Assembly (NCBI RefSeq): GCF_000803625.1
Contig: NZ_CP007496.1
Span: forward strand, 180,001 to 212,000
DNA: 32,000 nt
Direction of reading: 5' to 3'
From: Candidatus Nanosynbacter lyticus
Lineage (GTDB): Bacteria; Patescibacteriota; Saccharimonadia; Saccharimonadales; Saccharimonadaceae
Shown: piece by piece, positions 1-8,257 of the stretch
How positions within the stretch are numbered: the first letter of the stretch is position 1
Layout: every line of letters begins with the position of its first letter
The notes under the pieces: model-generated
The model's database searches: none
The model's input: only the letters and a program-made list of their open reading frames with translations
Told to the model about the DNA's origin: nothing
Program-made: the position numbers and the translations under genes

Positions 1-228
1 GAAAAAGAGTGGAGTAAGCAGTTGGGAAAGTACTATGAGCAAGTTGGTGAGCAGCCAGATTGGTACAGTGGTCAGGGCGCGTTCAATGCGGCGGCATTTG
101 CGGCTGGGATGAATAGTCTGTCAAGCGTGGCCAGTAGCGCCAGCGACTATTCATCGACCTCTGGTGGTTCGACTGGTGGTGGCTTCGCTGGTGGTGGCGG
201 AGGCGGTGGCGGAGGCGGCGGCTGGTAA
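1..228 (+). CDS. 3' end of a CDS entering from upstream; Ser/Gly-rich tail ending GGGFAGGGGGGGGGGGW (tentatively a DUF2207/TPM-like membrane protein C-terminus)
   Basis: Frame 1 is open from nt 1 to TAA at 226-228. The tracked ORF 22..228 is only the first in-frame Met. A poly-Gly tail ending in Trp recalls DUF2207/TPM-type proteins (from memory). No other domain is visible. Confidence 0.5.
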   Translation, partial: EKEWSKQLGKYYEQVGEQPDWYSGQGAFNAAAFAAGMNSLSSVASSASDYSSTSGGSTGGGFAGGGGGGGGGGGW

Positions 229-231
229 GTT

Positions 232-1185
232 ATGTCTGATATTTTACTGTGGTTGATGGCCGTTTTACTATTGGCATTATCTGGGATATTTTCGGGCCTG
301 AATATTGGCTTGATGATGGCGCGACCAGACGACTTAAAGCGAAAGGCTGGGCAGGGTGATGAGATTGCTAAGCGAGTCTATCGCTACCGTAAGGATGGCT
401 ACTATTTGATATTTTGTATTTTGCTGGGCAATGTCGGTGTAAATACGGCGATGTCAATTTTGCTGGGTAATATGACTAACGGCGTGGTTGGCGGGTTGAT
501 TGCCACATTACTGATCACTATGTTTGGCGAGATTTTGCCGCAAGCGATTTTTACGCAGCGCGGTTATCGTTTCGTGCGGTATTTCTTCTGGCTGCTTAAT
601 GTAATTTATGTGCTATTTTGGCCACTGGCTCGGCCGATGTCGAAATTGCTAAATCATTGGCTAGGTAAAGAGACGCCTCAGCTTTATTCTCACCAGGAGC
701 TGGAGGAAATTATTCATGAACATGCTGAGCGTTCGGATAGCCCAGTCGATTATGATGAAAGTCGAATCGCGGCGGGAGCGCTGCAGTTTAGTAAAAAGAC
801 GGCTGGTGATTTGGTAACGCCGATGAGTGAGGTGTTTACTGTGAATCTGGATGATGAGCTGGACGCGACACTACTAGCGCGAATTAAACATGCTGGGCAT
901 TCGCGGATCCCGGTGTGTGATGATGAGCGGCTGGTAGGGATTTTGTATGTCAAAGATGTAGTGGGGCGTGAGCTGCCACTGCCAGTCAGTCAATTGTACC
1001 GAGACAAGATTCACGACATCGATGCACGGTCGCGGCTGGATACGGTGCTTAGTCGATTCATCCAAACCCGCAATCACTTGTTTGTGGTAATGGATAATGA
1101 AACGGAACTGGGAATTATTACACTGGAAGATGTGATTGAGGAGATTTTGGATCAGGAGATTGAGGATGAATATGACGAGGAGTAG
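232..1185 (+). CDS. CNNM/DUF21 transmembrane domain + CBS-pair protein (HlyC/CorC-family divalent-cation transporter)
   Basis: The N-terminus has a 4-TM DUF21 module with GEILPQAIF. It is followed by two CBS motifs (GHSRIPVCDDERLVGILYVKDV and NHLFVVMDNETELGIITLEDVIEEIL). There is no C-terminal CorC_HlyC domain. The gene starts 4 nt after the previous stop. Confidence 0.85.
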   Translation: MSDILLWLMAVLLLALSGIFSGLNIGLMMARPDDLKRKAGQGDEIAKRVYRYRKDGYYLIFCILLGNVGVNTAMSILLGNMTNGVVGGLIATLLITMFGEILPQAIFTQRGYRFVRYFFWLLNVIYVLFWPLARPMSKLLNHWLGKETPQLYSHQELEEIIHEHAERSDSPVDYDESRIAAGALQFSKKTAGDLVTPMSEVFTVNLDDELDATLLARIKHAGHSRIPVCDDERLVGILYVKDVVGRELPLPVSQLYRDKIHDIDARSRLDTVLSRFIQTRNHLFVVMDNETELGIITLEDVIEEILDQEIEDEYDEE

Positions 1186-1205
1186 GACGTTCGGATTCTG
1201 TTTCG

Positions 1206-1214
1206 TGGTATACT
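1206..1214 (+). promoter_or_regulatory. extended -10 box TGgTATACT upstream of ORF 1260
   Basis: TGGTATACT is read directly. It is followed by a leader of about 45 nt with an AGGGAG SD (1246-1251) 8 nt before ATG 1260. Confidence 0.4.
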
Positions 1215-1259
1215 AAAAGATAATTTTAATAATAAAGGTGGTGGGTAGGGAGATTATAT

Positions 1260-1868
1260 ATGTCTAGGATAGGCTATGAAGGAGAGGGTGTTCCTGATCA
1301 CCTACAAAATAAGACCATTGAAACGATGTTTCCCGACACACTTTACGTGCCGGCTGTCGATTCTTTTACAGACATGAATGAGATATTTTATATTGATAAA
1401 AATCAAGCTAGTGGTTTGGGTAGGTTGGTTGTCGATGGTAGGCAGGATCTAAGATTGGTCGAGTCGGACGATTCGTTGGATGAGATGGTTGTATTGATGA
1501 AGGTGTGGGTGCAGGACAGTAAAGGGGAATTGCGCGAATATATTATTGCGGATTGCCGATATTGTGATGATCAATTTGACTTGATTGGTGATGATTCGGA
1601 AGTTGACTTTACTGACCAGGAAACCGCTTGGGGTGAGATTGACTATATGCAACATCGGGTTACAGTTTCTGCGGTAATTGACAATATAGATAAGGGAAAA
1701 ATTGGAGTTTGGGGCGATCCAGATCTTTATGATACTGCAATACACATGGCAAGGGTGGTGGACGAAGCGGTTAGTGGTCGCGACCGTGCTGCGATTTCGG
1801 AGGTTTCTGGAAAAGAGGATGGTACTAGTCAGCTAAAGTTAAGAACGAGGGATTCGCAGCAGGATTAG
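1260..1868 (+). CDS. hypothetical protein, acidic, no recognisable domain
   Basis: 202-aa ORF with a good SD (AGGGAG) and its own -10 box. It has no TM segment or signal peptide, and I recognise no motif. Confidence 0.6.
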   Translation: MSRIGYEGEGVPDHLQNKTIETMFPDTLYVPAVDSFTDMNEIFYIDKNQASGLGRLVVDGRQDLRLVESDDSLDEMVVLMKVWVQDSKGELREYIIADCRYCDDQFDLIGDDSEVDFTDQETAWGEIDYMQHRVTVSAVIDNIDKGKIGVWGDPDLYDTAIHMARVVDEAVSGRDRAAISEVSGKEDGTSQLKLRTRDSQQD

Positions 1869-1902
1869 TTTGCGATGTGTCAATTAAAATTAGTTTAGGT
1901 AC

Positions 1903-1931
1903 TTGACTATTTACAGTACCTTGTATAACAT
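1903..1931 (+). promoter_or_regulatory. candidate sigma70-type promoter of the ABC-PadR-PspC operon
   Basis: TTGACT lies at 1903-1908. The -10 candidates are TATAAC at 1924-1929 (15-nt spacer) or TAACAT at 1926-1931 (17-nt spacer). The AAGGAG SD is at 1955-1960 and the ATG at 1967. Confidence 0.4.
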
Positions 1932-1941
1932 AGTACTATGT
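1928..1941. promoter_or_regulatory. perfect 14-bp palindrome ACATAGTACTATGT, candidate PadR operator
   Basis: ACATAGT/ACTATGT are exact reverse complements. The palindrome overlaps the -10/TSS region of an operon that encodes a PadR regulator, and its half-sites contain ACAT/ATGT. GTAC cores recur at 1899, 1916 and 1933, exactly 17 nt apart. Confidence 0.4.
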
Positions 1942-1966
1942 ATAGCAAAACTATAAGGAGCGTAGT

Positions 1967-3274
1967 ATGAGAAGAATAGATATTATTAAGCGAGCCGGGC
2001 GTAACCTTCGCCAGTCGAAAGGTCGTACGATTTTAACGGCACTGGCGATTTCTGTCGGGGCGTTTACCATTGGGCTAGCGATGATGGCGGGTGAGGGCGG
2101 TCGATTGTATACCAATAACATAGTTGATTCTGCTGGCGATAAGAAGGTTATTACAGTGTATAAAAAAGCCGTTTCATCATCAGCAGAGGAGGAGGCTTTA
2201 CCAGAATATAGCGACTCAAAAGATAAAAATAAAAGTAGCGAGGTAAAGGACCGTTCCTCATTGCGTAGTAAGTATTCAATGGGTGATGAGGATCTCGCAA
2301 AATTACGCAGTATTTCGCACGTAGAAAAAGTGACACCATCCTACTCTACATCTGGAATCGTGTATGTTAAAAGTTCGGGGAATGGTAAGAAATTTACTCC
2401 AGATATAGCAGTTAAGGCGGACCGGACTCGGGCGGAATTGGCAGCTGGCAGCTTGGACGATTTTATATTGAAGTCGGGCGAAGCTATTATTCCAGAGTCT
2501 TATGTAGGAAAAATGGGCTTTGCTAGTGCTAAGTCGGCTATCGGCAAGACTATTACGTTGGGCATTCGTGGCGGATCATCGTGGAGTGCTAGTGCTTCTA
2601 AAGAGATCTCGTTAAAAATTGTAGCGGTTGATAAACAGTCGGACACAACAATCTTCTATCAGCCAGCCGTGAGGATATCGTCAGACGACGCTAAGGATAT
2701 TTACGAATATAGTCATTATAAGGGGTTGTCTAACGAATACTCATTGGTGATTGTGTCTGTTGATGACGTAAAGAATATTGACGCCGTAAAGGATGAAATC
2801 AGCAAAAGCTATACTGCGTCGTCAATTCAAGATGCTCGCAAGGCGCTTCTGACAATGGTTAATGTAGCTCAGATGGCTTTGATAGGTTTTGGTGGATTGG
2901 CGCTGCTTGCTAGTGTGTTTGGCATCATTAATACTATGTATATTTCAGTTCTGGAGCGAACCAGTCAAATCGGTTTGATGAAAGCGTTGGGCACGAGTGG
3001 CCGCGATATCGGTAGGTTATTTAGATATGAAGCAGCTTGGGTTGGTTTATTAGGTGGACTAATCGGTGTTGGCTCTGCAAGTTTGATAACGCTGTTTAAT
3101 CCAGCAATTGCTAGTGCGCTAAAACTGGGGGCGGGCACTAATCTTCTGGTTATTAATCCAATACAAATTATTTTATTGATAGTCAGTCTAATGGTTATGG
3201 CGGTGCTGGCTGGTTGGCTACCGAGCCGCAAGGCAACAAAGTTAGACCCAATTGAGGCGTTAAGGACAGAATAG
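1967..3274 (+). CDS. ABC transporter permease, MacB/FtsX-type (4 TM with a large extracytoplasmic domain)
   Basis: There is an N-terminal TM helix (GRTILTALAISVGAFTIGLAMMAG) and an external domain of about 250 aa. The C-terminus is an FtsX-type bundle (MYISVLERTSQIGLMKALGTSGRDI ... LDPIEALRTE). Confidence 0.85.
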   Translation: MRRIDIIKRAGRNLRQSKGRTILTALAISVGAFTIGLAMMAGEGGRLYTNNIVDSAGDKKVITVYKKAVSSSAEEEALPEYSDSKDKNKSSEVKDRSSLRSKYSMGDEDLAKLRSISHVEKVTPSYSTSGIVYVKSSGNGKKFTPDIAVKADRTRAELAAGSLDDFILKSGEAIIPESYVGKMGFASAKSAIGKTITLGIRGGSSWSASASKEISLKIVAVDKQSDTTIFYQPAVRISSDDAKDIYEYSHYKGLSNEYSLVIVSVDDVKNIDAVKDEISKSYTASSIQDARKALLTMVNVAQMALIGFGGLALLASVFGIINTMYISVLERTSQIGLMKALGTSGRDIGRLFRYEAAWVGLLGGLIGVGSASLITLFNPAIASALKLGAGTNLLVINPIQIILLIVSLMVMAVLAGWLPSRKATKLDPIEALRTE

Positions 3275-3284
3275 GAGAAATATC

Positions 3285-3986
3285 ATGATTGAACTTAAGA
3301 ACGTAACGAAAATTTACGGCAAAAAGAAAAATCAATTTGTAGCGTTAAATGATGTCAGTTTGAAAATTCCAACGGGCGTTAGTGTGGCGATTCTTGGTAA
3401 ATCTGGCTCAGGAAAGTCAACATTGATGCACGCAATTTCTGGACTTGACCGTCCGCAGCAGGGTCGAGTGATTATTGATGGGCAAGATATTTTGCAACTG
3501 AAGCAGAAGCAAGTTGATGAATTCCGGGCTAAAAAAATAGGGTTTATTTTCCAGAGCTTTTTCGTTCAAGGTAACGAAAGTGTTGAGGATAATGTTAGTC
3601 TGCCGCTAGAAATCGCACAGATGCCACAAAAAATGCGTGAAGCGAAAATCAACGAGGCTCTGATGGCGGTGGACCTGTATGAGAAGCGTAAAAGCCGCGC
3701 GAAAGATTTGTCTGGTGGTCAAAAGCAGCGTTTGGCGATTGCCAGGGCGATTGTTGGCGATCCGCAGATTATCTTCGCTGATGAGCCAACGGGTAATCTA
3801 GACAGCGAAACCGGTACTAAGATAGAAGAGCTACTGTTTAACTATAACAAACAAAAAGGCGCGACGTTGATAGTGGTGACTCATGATGATGATTTGGCTA
3901 AAAAATGCGATTACCAAATCCGTATAAAAGACGGGCAAATTGAAGGTACTAATATTCCACAAGAGGAAAGGTATGAATCCCAGTGA
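3285..3986 (+). CDS. ABC transporter ATP-binding protein (MacB/LolD-type)
   Basis: Walker A GKSGSGKST, signature LSGGQKQR, Walker B IIFADEPT and H-loop VTHD are all present. The AGGAG SD lies at 3273-3277. Confidence 0.95.
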   Translation: MIELKNVTKIYGKKKNQFVALNDVSLKIPTGVSVAILGKSGSGKSTLMHAISGLDRPQQGRVIIDGQDILQLKQKQVDEFRAKKIGFIFQSFFVQGNESVEDNVSLPLEIAQMPQKMREAKINEALMAVDLYEKRKSRAKDLSGGQKQRLAIARAIVGDPQIIFADEPTGNLDSETGTKIEELLFNYNKQKGATLIVVTHDDDLAKKCDYQIRIKDGQIEGTNIPQEERYESQ

Positions 3987-4317
3987 TTATGCTGAAAGCC
4001 TAACCATTCAGCTGCGTAAAGGTTTTTTGGTGTACTGTGTGCTGCTTTCCTGTGCTAAGCAGGATCAGTATGCTGGTGACATTGTTAGGCGATTAAGTGA
4101 TTCAGAGTTAATGGTTGTTGAGGGTACAATTTATCCGCTGCTAAACAGACTGCAGAAGTATGGGTATTTACTGCATGAATGGCGGGAAAGTGAGCAGGGG
4201 CCGCCCAGAAAATATTACTCACTAACAGATAGCGGGTTTCAGTTAGTTGATGAGTTGAAGCATCGCATAAAAATGTTGAATAGTTCGCTTAAAGATCTTG
4301 AGAAAGGTGTGAATTAA
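3973..4317 (+). CDS. PadR-family winged-helix transcriptional regulator
   Basis: The PadR signature EGTIYPLLNRLQKYGYLLHEWRESEQGPPRKYYSLTDSG is present. I prefer ATG 3973 (GAGGAAAGG at 3963-3971) over the longest-ORF start at 3940. The gene overlaps the ATPase gene by 14 nt. Confidence 0.85.
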   Translation: MNPSDYAESLTIQLRKGFLVYCVLLSCAKQDQYAGDIVRRLSDSELMVVEGTIYPLLNRLQKYGYLLHEWRESEQGPPRKYYSLTDSGFQLVDELKHRIKMLNSSLKDLEKGVN

Positions 4318-5603
4318 TGAAAGAGATAACTAGAATTCATCTAGCAAAAACGGCTTTTAGTATAGAAATTGAAGCTAAAAGTTCGCTAGAAAAATATCTT
4401 AATTCAATTCAAAAAAATATGCACGCTGAGCCGGAAGCTATGAGAGAAATCGAGGCACGGATGGTTGAGATTTTGGCAGAGCGCGGCGTAATGAAGGAAG
4501 GAGTCATTAGTGTTGACGATGTTTTAGCAATTCAAAAGCAAATGGGTGAGTCGCGTGATTTTGCTGATGGTGATGGCCCAGTAGATGATGATCTGGATAG
4601 TGATGGTTCAGAGTCAAAGCCAGAAAAGCAACTAATGCGTGATACTGATAATGCTATTATCGGTGGTGTTTGTGCCGGCGTGGCGGCATATTTTAACATC
4701 AATCCGCTATGGGTACGGCTAATTGCAATTGTCTCGTCGTTCGCAACTTTTGGTACGGCTGTATTAATTTACGTGGTGATGTGGCTATCGATGCCTCCGG
4801 CGAGTACGGCGTCAGATAAATTAAGAATGCGCGGCAAGCCAGTAACTCTGGCGGCTCTTAAAAAAGCAGCCGTTGAGGGTGGCTCAGTAATAGCTAATGA
4901 GAGTAGGGATTTGGCCTCTAAAATTCTTCGCTATTCTGCTGGAATTATAATTTTCCTGATGACTCTTGGGGTAGTGATTGGGCTGATTGTAGGTGGCGCA
5001 GTTGGACTATCTGTAATTGATCTACTAAGTGGATTAAATGCACAAATATGGGCTTGGGGTCTATGGATTTCACTAGTGATTTGCGGCATTTCAGCGGCGG
5101 TTTTGGGTATGATGTTGTCGCGTAGCGTTTTTACTTGGACGATGAGTCGCGTGTCAGCACTCTCGATGATTATTGCTACGGTCGTTATATCTATGGGTAT
5201 GGCCAGCTCAATCGTATTTGGCATGAAAGCTAGCTCAGAATTTATATATGAGTCTCAGTACCTGACAAAGAGAATGAATGTCGAAATTCCGGATGCAGAT
5301 AATGTAAAAACAATTTCCATCAACGGCGCAATGGGAAGTGTAAAGCGAACTGACTCTGATAAGCTGAAAATTGAGGCCGAGTATATAGAATTACCAAACA
5401 TGAAGAAGCCAGATGTCAATGTACGACGCGAGGGCGATCGATTGATAGTGTCTATTGCTGAAAAATGTCCGCGAACGATATTTTTCAGCGGCTGCCAAAT
5501 GTTCTATACGCCAATTGGACTTAAGATTTATGCGCCTGCTGGCGTAAATGTGGATAGTCCAGCTTATTATGGCGCTGATAATGTAGATCACTCTGACGCT
5601 TAA
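4317..5603 (+). CDS. PspC-domain membrane protein with a helical N-terminal module and a beta-rich C-terminal domain
   Basis: The PspC motif is LMRDTDNAIIGGVCAGVAAYFNINPLWVRLIAIV, followed by several further TM helices. The start overlaps the PadR stop (TAATG). The N-terminal region of about 85 aa (SSLEKYLNSIQKNM...REIEARMVEILAERG) recalls DUF1700/HAAS-type modules (from memory, unverified). Confidence 0.8.
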   Translation: MKEITRIHLAKTAFSIEIEAKSSLEKYLNSIQKNMHAEPEAMREIEARMVEILAERGVMKEGVISVDDVLAIQKQMGESRDFADGDGPVDDDLDSDGSESKPEKQLMRDTDNAIIGGVCAGVAAYFNINPLWVRLIAIVSSFATFGTAVLIYVVMWLSMPPASTASDKLRMRGKPVTLAALKKAAVEGGSVIANESRDLASKILRYSAGIIIFLMTLGVVIGLIVGGAVGLSVIDLLSGLNAQIWAWGLWISLVICGISAAVLGMMLSRSVFTWTMSRVSALSMIIATVVISMGMASSIVFGMKASSEFIYESQYLTKRMNVEIPDADNVKTISINGAMGSVKRTDSDKLKIEAEYIELPNMKKPDVNVRREGDRLIVSIAEKCPRTIFFSGCQMFYTPIGLKIYAPAGVNVDSPAYYGADNVDHSDA

Positions 5604-5616
5604 GATAAGAATTAAT

Positions 5617-5645
5617 TTGAATGATTTTACCGCTAATGCTACACT
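5617..5645 (+). promoter_or_regulatory. candidate promoter of uppP: TTGAAT-17 nt-TACACT with TGc extension
   Basis: TTGAAT lies at 5617-5622, the spacer is 17 nt, and TGcTACACT lies at 5637-5645. The GAAAGG SD is at 5654-5659 and the GTG start at 5672. Confidence 0.45.
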
Positions 5646-5671
5646 TGAAAGATGAAAGGTAATTTTTAAGC

Positions 5672-6511
5672 GTGGCTTGGTGGCAAGCGATTATTCTTGG
5701 CGTGATTGAAGGAATTACGGAATTCTTGCCGATTTCTTCGACTGGACATTTGACGATTGCTGAGAAGCTTATGGGGATGAAAATCGACGATCCGAGCGTG
5801 GTAGCGTTTACGGCGGTGATCCAAATTGGGGCAATTTTGGCAGCAGTAATTTATTTCTGGAGCGATATTTGGCGTATTCTGCAAGTTTGGTGGTGCGGCC
5901 TGTGGTGGAAGCGAGCGCGCCGGAAGTTTGATTATAAATATGGCTGGGCAATCATTATCGGCTCGATTCCTATCGCTGTCGTCGGTCTTCTGTTCAAGCA
6001 CGAAGTTGAAACGGTGCTTCGGAGTTTGTGGTTTGTGGCGATTGGACTGGTCGGCTGGAGTGTGGTAATGTGGCTGGCGGATAATCGGGCGGTAAAAAAT
6101 AAGCGTAATGAAGCTGAGACCAGCTGGAAAGATACGCTGATCATCGGCGTGGGGCAGTGTCTGTCGTTAATTCCAGGAATCAGCCGTTCTGGTGCAACAA
6201 TCTCTGTCGGTCTGTTTCGTGGTTTTGACCGCGTATCGGTTACGAAGTTGAGTTTCTTTTTGGGCATCCCAGCTTTAATGGCGGCTGGGTTGCTGGAGGT
6301 CGTTACCAAATATAAACACATTTCTGGTGGTGTCGGCTGGACATCAACCATTATTGCTACCGTAGTTTCCTTTGGCGTGGGTTACGTGGCGGTGTCATGG
6401 CTACTGAAGTTTATTCAGAGCAATAATTTCCGTCCATTTATAATTTATCGATTTACGATGGGACTGTTTCTATTAATACTGCTTGGTGTCGGGTTTATTT
6501 CTCACGTTTAA
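5672..6511 (+). CDS. uppP: undecaprenyl-diphosphate phosphatase (BacA/UppP)
   Basis: The N-terminal signature ILGVIEGITEFLPISSTGHL is present, as is the later motif PGISRSGATI. The protein is polytopic and 279 aa long, with a GTG start. Confidence 0.9.
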   Translation: MAWWQAIILGVIEGITEFLPISSTGHLTIAEKLMGMKIDDPSVVAFTAVIQIGAILAAVIYFWSDIWRILQVWWCGLWWKRARRKFDYKYGWAIIIGSIPIAVVGLLFKHEVETVLRSLWFVAIGLVGWSVVMWLADNRAVKNKRNEAETSWKDTLIIGVGQCLSLIPGISRSGATISVGLFRGFDRVSVTKLSFFLGIPALMAAGLLEVVTKYKHISGGVGWTSTIIATVVSFGVGYVAVSWLLKFIQSNNFRPFIIYRFTMGLFLLILLGVGFISHV

Positions 6512-6524
6512 GAAAAAATTGTTA

Positions 6525-6530
6525 TATAAT
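6525..6530 (+). promoter_or_regulatory. -10 box TATAAT 6 nt upstream of the serS ATG (leaderless candidate)
   Basis: TATAAT lies at 6525-6530, the gap is taaagc, and the ATG is at 6537. There is no SD in the gap. Confidence 0.45.
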
Positions 6531-6536
6531 TAAAGC

Positions 6537-7778
6537 ATGTTAGACATCAAGTTTATTCGAGATAATGTTGATCTTGTGCAAAGGTCGGCGAATGATAAGG
6601 GTTATAAGGTCGATATTGCGGCATTGTTGCAGTTGGATGACGAGCGTCGCGATCTGCAAAAACAAGTTGATGCTCTGCGTGAGCGACGTAATGTGATCTC
6701 GGCGCAGATGAAAGGCGGCCGTCCAGATCAGGAACTGATTGACCAGGGCAAGCAGCTGAAAATTGAACTGGCAGAGCGTGAAGGTTACTTAAAATCTACT
6801 GAGGAAAAAGTAGCCACGATTCTAAAAAACGTGCCAAATGTAACTTTTGATGACGTGCCGCTCGGTGGCGAGGAGGATAGCGTCGAGGTTAAGCGTTGGG
6901 GCGAGCAGAAAACTGGCGCCGTTGATCATCTGGATTATGCTGTTAAGCGTGGCTGGGTAGATTTTGAGCGTGGTGCAAAAGTAGCTGGCGCGAAGTTCTA
7001 TTACCTTAAGGGCGATTTGGCGTTGCTAGAAAATGCTGTGACGCAATTTGCACTGGATTATGTGACAAAGCAGGGCTTTACGTTCATGACCGTGCCGCAT
7101 ATGGTGAATTTGCGCACAGCGGAAGGTGCGGGCTTTGCGCCAAAGGGCGAGGGTAGTAATGAATATGTGGTCGAGGGCGAGGATTTGACGCTGATCGGGA
7201 CAGCGGAAATGCCGCTGACCGGCTATCACGCTGATGAGATTTTGGACGAGAAAGATTTACCGCTACTATATGCAGGATATAGTCCATGCTATCGCAAGGA
7301 AGCGGGAACGTACGGCAAGCATACGCGTGGGTTGTTCCGAGTGCACCAATTTAACAAATTGGAAATGTACGCCTTTTGTTTGCCAGAACAGTCGCGTGAT
7401 ATTCATGAAAAGATTTTGGCGATTGAAGAAGCTTTGTGGCAACAAATTGGCATTTCGTACCACGTAGTGAATATCGCGGCGGGTGACCTGGGTGCGCCGG
7501 CTGCCAAAAAATACGACATCGAGTACTGGTCGCCCGTCGATGAGACGTATCGCGAGCTGACCAGCTGTTCGAACTGTACGGATTATCAAGCGCGTGGCTT
7601 GAATATTCGCGTGCGACGGGCGGACGGCAACATCGAGTCGGTTCACACCCTGAATGGCACGGCGGTTTCATTGGCGCGGTCATTGGTGGTGATTTTGGAG
7701 AATTTCCAAAACGAAGATGGCGGTTTGACGGTGCCAGAGGTATTGCGACCATATATGAATGGCCGTGACGTGATATAA
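6537..7778 (+). CDS. serS: seryl-tRNA synthetase
   Basis: The N-terminus is a coiled-coil arm. Class II motifs are present (RVHQFNKLEMY, TLNGTAVSLARSLVVILENFQNEDGGLTVPEVLRPYM). Confidence 0.95.
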   Translation: MLDIKFIRDNVDLVQRSANDKGYKVDIAALLQLDDERRDLQKQVDALRERRNVISAQMKGGRPDQELIDQGKQLKIELAEREGYLKSTEEKVATILKNVPNVTFDDVPLGGEEDSVEVKRWGEQKTGAVDHLDYAVKRGWVDFERGAKVAGAKFYYLKGDLALLENAVTQFALDYVTKQGFTFMTVPHMVNLRTAEGAGFAPKGEGSNEYVVEGEDLTLIGTAEMPLTGYHADEILDEKDLPLLYAGYSPCYRKEAGTYGKHTRGLFRVHQFNKLEMYAFCLPEQSRDIHEKILAIEEALWQQIGISYHVVNIAAGDLGAPAAKKYDIEYWSPVDETYRELTSCSNCTDYQARGLNIRVRRADGNIESVHTLNGTAVSLARSLVVILENFQNEDGGLTVPEVLRPYMNGRDVI

Positions 7779-7808
7779 TGAAAGACATATTAGTTAGTAG
7801 GAGGAAGA

Positions 7809-8180
7809 ATGATTAAAAATATTACTATTACTGGCGTTAAGTACGAGTTAAACGATACGACTAAGAAATATGTTGAGCGAAAAATTGGTGGTTTGGGCAA
7901 ATATTTACCACGTCATTCCCGTAAAAGCGTGACCGCAGATGTAAAGATTAAGCAAATCGATAATACTGGTGGTAATAAATACGAAGTTGAAGTTATTATT
8001 AACGTTCCAGATAAGAAAATTACCGCTAAAGATTCAACCATGAACGTTTTGGCGGCAGTGGATATTGTCGAGGCAAAGTTGAACGGTCAGGTGAGAAAGT
8101 ATAAGGATGACGTGTTGGCGCACGTTGGTAGTAGCCGCGGAATTTTGGCTAAGTTGAAGAGAGGCTTGGGTAGAAGATAA
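7809..8180 (+). CDS. hpf: ribosome hibernation promoting factor / RaiA family (short form with a basic tail)
   Basis: MIKNITITGVKYELNDTTKKYVERKIGGLGKYL and AAVDIVEAKLNGQVRKYKD fit the S30AE/HPF fold pattern. A strong AGGAGG SD precedes the start. Confidence 0.85.
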   Translation: MIKNITITGVKYELNDTTKKYVERKIGGLGKYLPRHSRKSVTADVKIKQIDNTGGNKYEVEVIINVPDKKITAKDSTMNVLAAVDIVEAKLNGQVRKYKDDVLAHVGSSRGILAKLKRGLGRR

Positions 8181-8202
8181 TTATTAGCTGAAGTTGGCAT
8201 GA

Positions 8203-8232
8203 AGCGCTCATATTCTGGGCGCTTTTTCTTTT
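8203..8232 (+). terminator. rho-independent terminator after hpf
   Basis: An 8-bp stem AGCGCTCA/TGGGCGCT (one G-U pair) with loop TATTC is followed by TTTTCTTTT. Confidence 0.6.
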
Positions 8233-8251
8233 CAAATTGACCTAAAAACGT

Positions 8252-8257
8252 TATAAT
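8252..8257 (+). promoter_or_regulatory. -10 box TATAAT upstream of secA
   Basis: TATAAT is read directly. It belongs to the 15-mer TATAATAAAAGAAGT, which recurs upstream of ctpA (18106-18120). Confidence 0.4.

Noticed and set aside
1897-1921. Inverted repeat AGGTACT/AGTACCT as the terminator of ORF 1260
   Set aside because: There is no U-tract, and the repeat encloses the -35 box of the next operon. It is more plausibly an operator-type element, so it is folded into the promoter finding.
3940-3972. Longer PadR start at 3940 (125-aa version)
   Set aside because: It would overlap the ATPase gene by 47 nt and add a non-PadR-like N-terminus. ATG 3973 has a well-spaced GAGG SD.
5932-6351. 139-aa antisense ORF within uppP. 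Similar antisense ORFs occur at 7266-7788 in serS, 9115-9534 in secA and 27343-27657 in the REC gene.
   Set aside because: All lie opposite strongly conserved, motif-bearing frames. All have biased, Pro/Arg/Ser-rich composition typical of antisense translation.
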